From the human T2T-CHM13v2.0 reference genome, Homo sapiens: a DNA stretch of 64,000 nt. Below, piece after piece: positions 52,901 to 64,000 of the stretch. Every line of letters starts with the position of its first letter. Positions within the stretch are counted from its first letter, which is position 1. The notes under the pieces were generated by a model. That model worked only from the letters and a program-made list of their open reading frames with translations, did not search any database and was not told where the DNA came from. The position numbers were made by a program, and so were the translations under genes. The stretch covers positions 15,328,001 to 15,392,000 of the forward strand of contig CP068257.2 of NCBI GenBank assembly GCA_009914755.4. Reading direction: 5' to 3'.

Positions 52901-54496
52901 CCCTACACACAATTTCAAGCTAATTTTTCATGTAGAGGAATTCAGCGATATTTTTGTAATCCTTATCACTTGCTAACTCATGCCTTGTTTTCAAGCCATG
53001 CCTTGAAAATCTCACTTTCAAGCCCCAAGCACTTAACGTTATTTTCCTTACTTATTAAAAAATAGTGTCATTTCTTAAGATCATAATCTTTTACTACTAT
53101 AAGTGACATTTTAACACTTTATAATGTCTTCAAAATAATGATTAACTCTATTCACATTATGTATCTTAATTATGAAAACTGCATAGTAAGGAATTACATT
53201 CAGCTGGAAAAAAATGACAAATTAAGGTGTTTACTTGTCTTACTTGAAGGGAGTTCAGAGCTAGGTTGCTGTGGCAGGTCTGAATGTGTTCAGGAATCTA
53301 GGCTTCATCTTCTTTCCACTCAGATGTCATTAACATCATTGTCACCTCATAGTCACAAGACGCATGTCCATCCTGAACATTACATCAATGTCCCAGGCAG
53401 GAAGATGGGAAGACAAAAGACAGAAGGTATGTGCCAACTTAACCTGGCTGTCTTGAGCTTTGATGGAAGCACCACCAGTATTTCCACTTATATCTCATTC
53501 TGTAGATCTGTTTCACAATGGAGGTACATTGTTACCCTCAACTAAACTGAAGTCCTGTTGTTAGGGAGAAAAGATTTTGACTATAGGGTCATAGTGTCTA
53601 CCAAAATAAAAGTTCTAATTCTTACAATTTCATTGAAAACCTATCTATTCTTCAGCTCATAACAAGGATCAGATCATATGGTTTTGGCATAGTGTATTGT
53701 AACTTTATATACCTTGTACTATTTTAAATCGTTAAACAACATATTACTTGCAATGGTCAGTATGGATGAATAATTTTGATGGTTTGCAGGTGCACGTCTT
53801 GGACTAGGTTTATCAACCTTATTGCTATTAATATTTGGGTCAGAAAATTCTTTGTTATGGAGGCTGTTCTCTGCCTTGCAAAATGTTTAACAGCACCCCT
53901 GACTTCTACATGCTAGAAGCCAGTAGCCCTCCCCACCTCTAGTTGAGACAACGAAAAATGCCTCCAGATATTGCCCATGCTCTCTGGGAGGAAAAAATGT
54001 TGTTGGCTGAGAAACACTCTCTTGGATGGATGAGATTTTTTTTGTAATGGCATTAAAATTACCTGGGATGTCTTTTAAAAAAGACTCTACTCCCAATTTT
54101 CTGATTCAGTGGATATTCTTTGAAGCTTCCTAATTTGTTTTCATTAAGTCCCTTGTATAATTCTGACACATACCCAAGTTTGGAAATCATTATATCATAC
54201 AAAGGCTAAATTACCCAGCAGTCAAGATGGAGCCTGTCACTTAGACAAATGATAAAAGGGAAAAAGCTAGAAGCACTTGGAACCAGGCTTGGAGAGACAA
54301 CCTCTGTTGAGGTCACCCACAAAGGAGCACAGCAAATTGTCTAAGTCATGGTGTCCAAAGGAAAAAGGTGCTCTCAGGATAGTACTTGTAGCTGAGTAGT
54401 ACTCTAAAACACTGAGAGTTATTACAATAGCTATTCAATCTTTCTGAACACAATTGGACAAGCATCAATATTATACATTTACAATTTAAAAGAAAG

Positions 54497-55018
<522 letters not shown>

Positions 55019-55229
55019 TTATAACGATCACATAAATGATAATTATGGTAATATTACCATTAATAATATTAATGACTTCATTATAATGAAGTAAAATTAT
55101 CAAATTTTACACTTAAATAGAATCAATAGGAAAACAGAAAGTTTATTAAATGCCTGAGAAAAGAGTATACAGAAAAACAAATATACATATTATATAATAT
55201 ATGTATCTACATACACACGTACAACATTA

Positions 55230-57480
55230 TACTCACAAGCAACAACTAGTTAGAAGATATGATGGAAGATTCCATTTATGATGGCAATAAATATCTAAAA
55301 ATAAAATTAAGTAAATGTGAAAATTTATATTTAGGAGACTAAAGTGTACTGGAATGAATAAAAGTATAAGTCTGCTTCTTGGATAAAAAGACTCAACATC
55401 ATAAAGATAAATATTATCCCTAAGCTAATCACTAGCCATACATTTTTCTAATTAGCAAGGTGATTCTAAAGATTACGAACAATAATAAAGTAAGAACAAT
55501 GTAGCAGATAGCACTACCAGATATTAAAACAGATTTTAAAGGTTAAATGATTTAAAGTATGTTGTTAGTGCATGAGTAGAGAGAATCATGAAAGAAACAG
55601 ACTAAGATGAGAAATATGCAAAATACAAATGGGAATTTGTAACATGATTAAAGTGCCATTCTAAATCAGTAGAAAAAATAATTATCATTCACTCTATGAG
55701 AAGATCAAGGATTTAAATTTCAAAAATAAAACCAAAAAGTAATTTTAAACAATCAGTAAATTTTCTGTTTAAAACAAGGAAAGACCTTTTTAGCATACCA
55801 TCAAATCTGTAAGCTATTAAATAAAAGACAAATACATTTGACTCTTTAAAAACTAAAATAAAAAAATATGAATTAAAATACCACCATGAACAGAGTCAAA
55901 GGCAAATGTCCAATTGAGGGGAAGATGCAGCCTATAGACAAAGGACAAATTTCTACAGTATGTAAACAGCTTTACAAATCAACAAGATACATTGGCCAAT
56001 CTTACTGAAAAAATGAACACAAGATATGAACTAAAAGTTCATATATAGAGAAATAAAAGTGGTATTTTTAAAATGTGAAAGATGCAAAATTTTACTTATA
56101 ATAAGATAAATGTGAATTAAAAGACAATTGAGATACCACTTTCTATCTGTGTAACAAACATCCAAAAGCCTGATAACAATGGAAAAATCTGGACTCTCAT
56201 TCATCACGGGAGGATGACTTGCTCTATCTTTTTTGTGAGCAATTTTGAAAAATCTGCTAAAATTATCATTGTACAAACTCTTTGAACCAATAATTCCACT
56301 TTAGAAATTTACCATGTAGGTACACATGTATTCGTTTTCTATTGTTAACATACTTGTATTGGTTTTCTATCACTGCTGTAACAAATTGCCACAAATTTAA
56401 ACTTCAGCATACACATTTATTATCTCACAGTTCTGTAGGTCAGAAGACAGATGGGTTTGGCTGTTTTTTTTAGTTTAGAATCTCTCAAGGTTTTGACAGG
56501 GCTGTACTTTAATCTGAAGCTTCTGCTTATTCAAATTCTGCAGAATTCAGTCTCTTGCAGTTCTAAGGAAAAGAACCCCATTTATTTATATATCCATTCA
56601 TTCATTCAATTATTCGTTGATTGATTTATTTGTTGTTGACTGTCAGCTAAGAAGAGTCACCAGCTTCTAAAGGCTACCTGCCTGGAGTCCCTGAATTCTG
56701 ACTCACTTCTTCTATCTTAAAAGCCACAAAGATGGGTCAAGTTCCTCTCATGTTTCAAATCTCTTCTGCCTCTGTGTCCATATTGTGTCACTCTGACTGA
56801 CCTCTTCCAGTCAACTCAAGTTGCAAAAGTTCCTCTTCCACTTTTAAGAACCTGTGTGATTACGTTAGGCCCACCTAGGTAATCTTCCTATTTGACGATC
56901 CATGACCATAATTTCATCTGCACAATTCCTTGTACCATGCAATATAACATGCATACAACATAGCCCTAGAGGTTGAAAATTATAGGGTTAAACTTCTCCC
57001 TACCATATTGATATATATTCAAAACTATTTACAGCACCACTGTTGGCAATAGCAAAAATAAATGAAAACAATCTAAAAATCCTCCAAAAAGGACAGATTA
57101 AGGATATTATGGGAACTCGTACAATGGAACATTATTCAATTGTGAGTAAAAATTGAGGAAGAGCCCTATTTTCAAATACAAAAAGCTCTTAAGGACTCGT
57201 TAAGTGAAAAAAGCAATGAGCAGAACTATGCATACTATGCTACAGAATTTTTTTTCTAGATAAACAAAAGGAAAAGAAAAGTAAATATAAGATTTTTGTT
57301 TAAAACTGAGACTGATTCTTTCAAGCAGAATAAAAGATATTTAACAGACTTGTAATTTTCATAACATGTAAACTTATTTCAAACAAAATTTTTAAAAAGA
57401 GAGTTAAATAAATTTCTTTGTGCATTTTGGTCTCTGTGGTTTTATTGTTGCTATTGTTGTTCATAGTTAGATACAGGTAA
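55230..57480 (+). mobile_element. Ancient L1 (L1M-like) ORF2 C-terminus + 3' end, sense (boundaries approximate), interrupted by a nested LTR at ~56340-56960
   Basis: ...gagataccactttctatctgtgtaacaaacatccaaaagcctgataacaatggaaaaatctggactctcattcatcacgggaggatgac...ttgaaccaataattccactttagaaatttaccatgtaggtacacatgtat (L1M ...MRYHFTPTRMA...DPAIPLLGIYPREMKTYVHTKTCT) and, after the LTR, ctatttacagcaccactgttggcaatagcaaaaataaatgaaaacaatctaaaaatcctccaaaaaggacagattaaggatattatgggaactcgtacaatggaacattattcaattgtgagtaaaaattgaggaagagccctattttcaaatacaaaaagc (L1M ...VHSSIIHNSQKVETTQMSINW...WYIHTMEYYSAIKRNEVLIHATTWMNLEN). Confidence 0.75.
56340..56960 (+). mobile_element. MaLR/ERVL-type LTR nested in the L1M (sense)
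   Basis: ttttctattgttaacatacttgtattggttttctatcactgctgtaacaaattgccacaaatttaaacttcagcatacacatttattatctcacagttctgtaggtcagaag ... ccacttttaagaacctgtgtgattacgttaggcccacctaggtaatcttcctatttgacgatccatgaccataatttcatctgcacaattccttgtaccatg. These are the characteristic start and body motifs of a common LTR family. Confidence 0.5.
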
Positions 57481-58059
57481 AGAAGGAAAGCTGGTCTAAA
57501 ATTAAAATGAGCTATGGAATTGCCTGCCACAAAAAGCTATATATCCTTCACAGGTTTTAACCAAGTATTTCATTTTCTCCTTCAGTTCCTTATGCATACT
57601 ATGTATGAGCTGTTACTGCCGCATCTCTAAAGATATCTTAATAACTAATAAAAACTGCAAAATGTTACTTTAAATTAAATCATCACAGTATTATTGGCCT
57701 TCAACCAATATTTTTAATGAAAGCATATTGTATAGCTGAATTACAAATTTGAAGCCTCTAGTTGACAAAATTGCAAAAGGAAAAACTCACATCTCAGAAA
57801 GTGGCATTTTATGGAAGCCTTCAAAAAATATGGGGGAAAAGCAATCTATCTTTCTCAAAAAAAGCTGTTTACTTTTACTTTATTTGTTTTTGAGCGAATT
57901 TAAAATCACATTTACTTGTTTCTCTTCTCATTGCCTTTTTGCCTATCTCATTGATATTTCAGGCTCAATAGATCCAAAGTCAGAACATGTTCCTTTCTCC
58001 CTACCACCTAACCCCAAATGTATCCCTTTTCTTAATGTCTCTGTCTCTGTTAATATTAT

Positions 58060-58480
58060 ATATCTGTCTTAGTTTGCTCCAAATACCACAACAAAATACC
58101 ACATACTGGGTGGTTTAAACAACAAAAAAACCATTTTCTTACATTTCTAGAGGCTAAAAGTCCAAGATCAAGGCACTGGCAAGGTTAGTGTCCTCTGAGG
58201 ACTCCCTCCTAGGTTTGCAGGTGGCCACCTTCTTGCCACGTTCTCAGGTGGTCATCTCTAGGTACACGTGCACAGGCACCCCGTTCTCTCTCCACTCTCC
58301 ACTCTCTGTATGTGTCTTGATCTTCTCTTCTTATAAAAATAACAGTTAGATTGAATTAGGACCCTCTCTGAAAGCCTATTTAACCTAATTACCTCTTTAA
58401 AGGTCCTGTCTCTCACATTCATAGGATACTGGGGGTCAGAACCTCGACATAGGAATTCTAGGAAACACAATCCAGCCCAT
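58060..58480 (+). mobile_element. MaLR-type solo LTR (MLT1-like), sense
   Basis: tctgtcttagtttgctccaaataccacaacaaaataccacatactgggtggtttaaacaacaaaaaaaccattttcttacatttctagaggctaaaagtccaagatcaaggcactggcaagg ... aggatactgggggtcagaacctcgacataggaattctaggaaacacaatccagcccataata. Confidence 0.65.
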
Positions 58481-58957
58481 AATAACATCCAAATATTCTA
58501 ATCACTCAAGAAGGGCTGATGCCGTTTGACTCCTTCCTCTCTTTACCTCTTTCCATTCAAATAGGTTTTGTACAGATTCTACTATGTCACCTTTTTGTAC
58601 TCTCCATTTCTACTCTAATGGAGATTTCTTATTTGGACTAATTCCTACAGCATGTTAACAAACTCTCCAATACTGCCTTACACTTTGCCAATAGATCTGT
58701 CTAAAAGTTTGCAGTGATAATTCTATATAAACTCAAAGACCTTCAGTGACTATTACATTATTTTCTAATGATTGCCTAATAATTACTTAAACTGCTTTTT
58801 AAAAATGTCTTTTAAGGCCTATTCTCATCTCTTTCCTAAGCCTCTAATGTTATGTCCCATGATTTCCCTGTAGAGACTTTAGTCTTAGAACAGTGTGTTC
58901 ATACTGTGCAGAAATAATTATTGGCGAATCATGACACTAATTTTGGCCAGCATTTAC

Positions 58958-59030
58958 GAATAGAATAGAATAGAATAGAATAGAATAGAATAGAATAGAA
59001 TAGAATAGAATAGAATAGAATAGAATAGAA
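58958..59030. repeat. Perfect (AGAAT)n / (ATTCT)n pentanucleotide microsatellite, ~14.5 units
   Basis: cgaatagaatagaatagaatagaatagaatagaatagaatagaatagaatagaatagaatagaatagaatgg with no interruptions. Confidence 0.97.
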
Positions 59031-59789
59031 TGGATCAGAGTAATATTAAAGAGTATCTAGATATTCATCCACATTATAAAGTTTTAGTTCAGGCCTCTTT
59101 TTCTTCTCCATCAAGTTATTCCTTGAGGCTTCCCTGAACTTTTTATTTTATGCCTTTCTCTGAATATTTTCCAGACATTATTACCTTATAGGTAATTAGA
59201 TTGTACAACACATGAATATAAATTACATTTATTTTCCCAAGCAATAACTGAATTCTGTGCACAGAAGTCCTTATTTTCTGAAATCTTTCCTCTGACTCTT
59301 GACTCACAGGTGGGTTCAAAACCTGGGAATGTGCCACGTGGTGACTCTGCACAGCAGCATGACAGCAGTTAAGGCATTAAAAACACCACATTCCCCAACA
59401 TTTATCAGAGTTTGAAACCTCCTAAGCACCCATTTTGAATTTTACACTGGGCAATTTAAATGTAACACTGAATGGACCTGAACTATTAGTCATGTACAAG
59501 TGCTGCTGTAAGTACTTAAAAAGATTTGTGTTGGTTAAACATCCACAGAGCTAGGGCGCTGCAAACCAACCAACAAAACAAAAACCTAGGAGCCAAAGTC
59601 TTCCTGACTGCTGGGAACAGAAGTGAAGTTTGGCTGTTACAGCAAAAGACTTAGTGGGATGGGAGGACCCTTTTATGGTAAAATAAGGTGAGAATACAAC
59701 ACAATATCTGGTCTAGACAGGGAAGGGATATAAATAACAGCAAATTATTTCTGATGGATTTTATTTTTTAAAGGAAATTTCAAAATAAA

Positions 59790-60480
<691 letters not shown>

Positions 60481-62188
60481 CATTGAAATTAATTTTAAAC
60501 TCTTTTATCCATCCAATGATGTTGCAAAGTCCATTTGATTGGCACCTGCATGTGTCCCAGAAACCAAATGAACTGATTTGGGTTACCTCTATCCTGCCAC
60601 TCCTTGCTCTATGTATATTTTGAGTAACACTAAAGAAATCACTGAGGCAGAGAGAGGTTTGTCTTCCACTAGTCAAAACATGGGCACATGTGTGAAGACT
60701 ATTTTTATTTAAAAAAAAAAATACATAGAAACATTGGATGAGGAATTAAAAGTGGTTCAAGTTAACCATAGTGCATGTCATCAGAACTTTGGGGGCATTG
60801 AGAGTTTTGGCCACACAAGATTTGTGCTTGAAAGAAAATGTGCAGACCACAAAAAATAAAGAGTACACACTTCAAATTACAAGAAAATTTATATTTTAAA
60901 TTGTGTTCAATATTATCAACAAATTACAAGACTAATGCTTACACATTTATGATTTAAATGGCACCAAATTTTTCATTATAGCTAAGAATAATTCTTCCAC
61001 TGGCCATTTATTTCTTATATTATCTAGGCTGATTATTCCTCAGTTAAAATTCCCCATTTCTCATATTATCCAGTCTGATTATCCCCCAGTACTAAAGTGC
61101 TATGTCAAAATATTGGGTATTTTCCTTATGAGGCCACTGTTAATATACATGTAGTAATTTGAAACAGCCTCTTGAGACTTATACAATTGGAATAGGAACA
61201 GCTCCAGTCTGCAGCTCCCAGCGTGATCAATGCAGAAGACAGCTGATTTCTGCATTTCCAACTGAGGTACCTGGTTCATCTCATTGGGACTGGTTGGACA
61301 GTGGGTGCAGCCCACAGAGGGTGAGCTGAAGCAGGGTGGGGCATCGCCTCACCCGGGAAGTGCAACGGGTTGGGGGATTTCCCTTTCCTACCCAAGGGAA
61401 GCCGTGACAGACTGTACCTGGAAAAATGGGACACTCTTGCTCAAATACTGGGCTTTTCCAATGGTCTTGGCAAACGGCACACCAGGAGATTATATCCCAC
61501 ACATGGCTCAGTGAGTCCCATGCTCAGGGAGACTTGCTCACTGCTAATGCAGCAGTCTGAGATTGACCTGCAAGGCAGCAACCCAGCAGGAGGAGGGGCA
61601 AACACCATTGCTGAAGCTTCAGTACATAAAGTGTCGGGAAGCTCGAACTGGGCAGAGCCCACCGCAGTGCAGCAAGACTGGCTGCCTCTATAGACTCCAC
61701 CTCTGGGGGCAGGGCATAGCTGAACAAAAGGCAGCAGAAACTTCTGCAGACTTAAACGTCTCTGTCTGACAGCTCTGAAGAGAGCAGTGATTCTCCTAGC
61801 ATGTTGTTTGAGCTCTGAGAACAGACAGACTGCCTCCTCAAGTGGGTCCTTGACCCCTGTGTAGCCTAACTGGGAGACACCTCCCAGCAGGGACCAACTG
61901 ACACCTCATACAGGTGGGTGCCCCACTACAAAGCTTCCAGAGGAAGGATCAGGCAGCAATATTTGCTGTTCTGCAATATTTGCTGTTCTACAGCCTCCAC
62001 TGGTGATACCATGGCAAACAGGGTCTGCAGCAAACTCCAACAGACCTGCAGCTGAAGGACCTGACTGTTAGAAGGAAAACTAAGAAACAGAAAGGAATAG
62101 CATCAACATCAGCAAAAAGGACATCCACACCAAAACCCCATCTGTAGGTCACCAACATCAAAGACCAAAGATAAATAAAACCACAAAG

Positions 62189-63175
62189 ATGGGGAGAAAC
62201 CAGAGCAGAAAAGCTGAAAGTTCTAAAAACCAGAGCACCTCTTCTCCTCCAAAGGATCACAGCTCCTCGCCAGCAATGGAACAAAGCTGGATGGAGAATG
62301 ACTTTGATGAGTTGACAGAAGTAGGCTTCAGAAGGTCGGTAATAGCAAACTTCTCCAAGATAAAGGAGGAAGTTTCAACACATCGCAAGGTAGCTAAAAA
62401 CCTTGAAAAAAGATTAGATGAATGGCTAACTAGAATAAACAGTGTAGAGAAGATCTTAAATGACCTGATAGAGCTGAAAACCATGGCACGAGAACTACGT
62501 TACACATGCACAAGCTTCAATAGCCGATTCGATCAAGTGGAAGAAAGGGTATCAGTGATTGAAGATCAAATTAACGAAATAAAGCGAGAAGAGAAGTTTA
62601 GAGAAAAAAGAGTAAAAAAGAAATATGGGACTATGTGAAAAGACCAAATCTACATTTGATTGGTATACCTGAAAGTGAGGAGGAGAATGAAACCAAGTTG
62701 GAAAACACTCTTCAGGATATTATCCAGGACAACTTCCCCAACCTAGCAAGGCAGGCCGACATTCAAATTCAGGAAATACAGAGAACACCACAGATACTCC
62801 TCGAGAAGAGCAACCACAAGACACATAATTGTCAGATTCACCAAGGTTGAAATGAAGGAAAAAATGTTAAGGGCAGCCAGAGAGAAAGGTCGGGTTACCC
62901 ACAAAGGGAAGCCCATCAGACTAACAGCAGATCTCTCTGCAGAAATCCTAGAAGCCGAAGAGAGTGGGGGCCAATATTCAACATTCTTAAAGAAAAGAAT
63001 TTTCAACCCAGAATTTCATATGAAGCCAAACTAACCTTCACAAGTGAAGGAGAAATAAAATACTTTACAGACAAGCAAATGCTGAGAGATTTTGTCACCA
63101 CCAGGTCTCTCTTACAAGAGCTCCTGAAGGAAGAACTAAACATGGAAAGGAACAACCAGTACCAGTCACTGAAAA
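62189..63175 (+). pseudogene. L1 ORF1 (ORF1p / L1RE1-type RNA-binding protein), disrupted. The first 149 codons are open; a ~20-bp deletion near 62615 shifts the frame; the remainder reads in two further frames (track ORFs 62635-62850 and 62852-63034)
   Basis: MGRNQSRKAESSKNQSTSSPPKDHSSSPAMEQSWMENDFDELTEVGFRRSVIANFSKIKEEVSTHRKVAKNLEKRLDEWLTRINSVEKILNDLIELKTMARELRYTCTSFNSRFDQVEERVSVIEDQINEIKREEKFREKRVKK aligns with L1HS ORF1p MGKKQNRKTGNSKTQSASPPPKERSSSPATEQSWMENDFDELREEGFRRSNYSELREDIQTKGKEVENFEKNLEECITRITNTEKCLKELMELKTKAQELREECRSLRSRCDQLEERVSAMEDEMNEMKREGKFREKRIKRNEQSLQEIWDYVKRPNLRLIGVPESD. Ours reads ...aaaaagaaatatgggactatgtgaaaagacc where the consensus has ...AAAAAGAAATGAGCAAAGCCTCCAAGAAATATGGGACTATGTGAAAAGACC. 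Confidence 0.93.
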
Positions 63176-63262
63176 AAAAAAAAAAAAACACAAATTGTAA
63201 AAACCATCAATGTTAGGAGGAAACTGCATCAATTAACAGGCAAAATAACCAGGATCATCGTA

Positions 63263-64000
63263 ATGACAGGATCAAATTCACACATAACAATATTAACCTT
63301 AAATGTAAATGGGCTAAATGCCCCAATTAAAAGACACAGAATGGCAAATTGGATAAAGAGTCAAGACCCATCAGTGTGCTGTATTCAGGAGACCCATCTC
63401 ACATGCGAAGACACACATAGGCTCAAAATAAAGGGATAGAGGAAGATCTACCAAGCAAATGGAAAGCAAAAAAAAAGCAGGGGTTGCAATCCTAGTCTCT
63501 GATTAAACAGACGTTAAACCAACAAAGATCAAAAGAGAAAAGAAGGCCATTACATAATGGTAAAGGGATCAATTCAACAAGAAGAGCTAACTATCCTAAA
63601 TATATATGCACCCAATACAGGAGCACCCAGATTCGTAAGGCAAGTTCTTAGAGACCTACAAAGAGACTTAGACTCCCACACAATAATAATCTGAGACTTT
63701 AACATCAATATTAGACAGATCAATGAGACAGAAGGTTAACAAGGACATCCAGGACATGAACTCAGCTCTGCACCAAGCAGAACTGATAGACATTTACAGA
63801 ACTCTCCACCCTAAATCAACAGAATATACATTCTTCTCAGCACCACATCTCACTTATTCCAAAATTGACCACATAGCTTCAACTAAAGCACTCCTCAGCA
63901 AATGTAAAAGAACAGAAATCACAACAAACTGTCTCTCAGACCAAAGTGCAATCAAATTAGAACTCAGAATTAAGAAACTCACTCAAAACTGCACAACTAC
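63263..64000 (+). pseudogene. L1 ORF2 N-terminal (apurinic-like endonuclease domain) remnant with premature stops; truncated by the window edge
   Basis: MTGSNSHITILTLNVNGLNAPIKRHRMANWIKSQDPSVCCIQETHLTCEDTHRLKIKG*RKIYQANGKQKKAGVAILVSD.TD...; further on ctgagactttaacatcaatattagacagatcaatgagacag corresponds to the conserved ...MGDFNTPLSTLDRSTRQK... with substitutions. Confidence 0.88.

Larger units (their letters stand above)
61186..64000 (+). mobile_element. Primate-specific L1 (L1PA-type, older subfamily inferred), sense, essentially complete at the 5' end: ~1.0-kb 5'UTR, ORF1 (frameshifted), inter-ORF spacer and ORF2 N-terminus (endonuclease domain, with in-frame stops). It continues past the window end
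   Basis: ggaataggaacagctccagtctgcagctcccagcgtgatcaatgcagaagacagctgatttctgcatttccaactgaggtacctggttcatctcattgggactggttggacagtgggtgcagcccacagagggtgagctgaagcagggtggggcatcgcctcacc... (L1 5'UTR, about 10 nt short of the canonical GGGGGAGGAGCCAAGATGGCCGAATAGGAACAGCTCC start). ORF1 ATG is at 62189. ORF2 ATG is at 63263 (atgacaggatcaaattcacacataacaatattaaccttaaatgtaaatgggctaaatgccccaattaaaagacacagaatggcaaattggataaagagtcaagacccatcagtgtgctgtattcaggagacccatctcacatgcgaagacacacataggctcaaaataaagggatagagg, where tag replaces the conserved Trp). Confidence 0.97.

Noticed and set aside
53138-53545. 135-aa ORF, the longest non-repeat ORF in the window; the same applies to 9937-10311 at 124 aa and 5788-6138 at 116 aa
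   Set aside because: There is no recognisable domain, no splice-site or start-context support, and composition is typical of chance ORFs in 64 kb x 6 frames. Nothing supports these as coding.
58958-59030. Possibility that this is the ATXN10 intron-9 SCA10 (ATTCT)n locus
   Set aside because: The flanking sequence does not match the SCA10 repeat flanks or primers as I remember them, and no Alu immediately abuts the repeat. This is an unrelated ATTCT-class STR until mapped.

Overview
This window is primate (almost certainly human) nuclear genomic DNA, not a prokaryotic locus. It is AT-rich and densely packed with interspersed repeats, and I estimate more than half of it is recognisable transposable-element sequence. 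That includes at least 8 Alu SINEs, several MIRs, and a 5'-truncation-free-looking primate L1 whose 5'UTR, disrupted ORF1 and ORF2 start run off the right edge (61186-64000). There are at least six further L1 fragments of different ages on both strands (L1M-like and L1PA/PB-like), some nested inside one another. There are also ERVL-MaLR solo LTRs (THE1/MST-like and MLT-like), a Tigger (pogo) transposase fragment, MER20-like hAT relics and many microsatellites: (TTTC)n, (CA)n, (GGAA)n/(GAAA)n, (AGAAT)n, (AAT)n and (CT)n. No host protein-coding gene, RNA gene, CRISPR array or operon-like system can be supported from the sequence alone. Every long ORF in the six-frame track is explained by an L1 ORF remnant or by translation of Alu or microsatellite sequence. 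The items worth a second look are all structural or polymorphic: a nested L1 insertion with an unusually long (~52 bp) target-site duplication, a minus-strand L1 split by 4.6 kb of foreign sequence, a (TTTC)n expansion inside an Alu linker, a perfect SCA10-type pentanucleotide repeat, a long compound GGAA repeat, a 106-bp tandem duplication, a 3.8-kb repeat-free island and two weak exon-like segments. All coordinates for repeats are approximate (+/- 10-30 bp) because they were read by eye against remembered consensus sequences.
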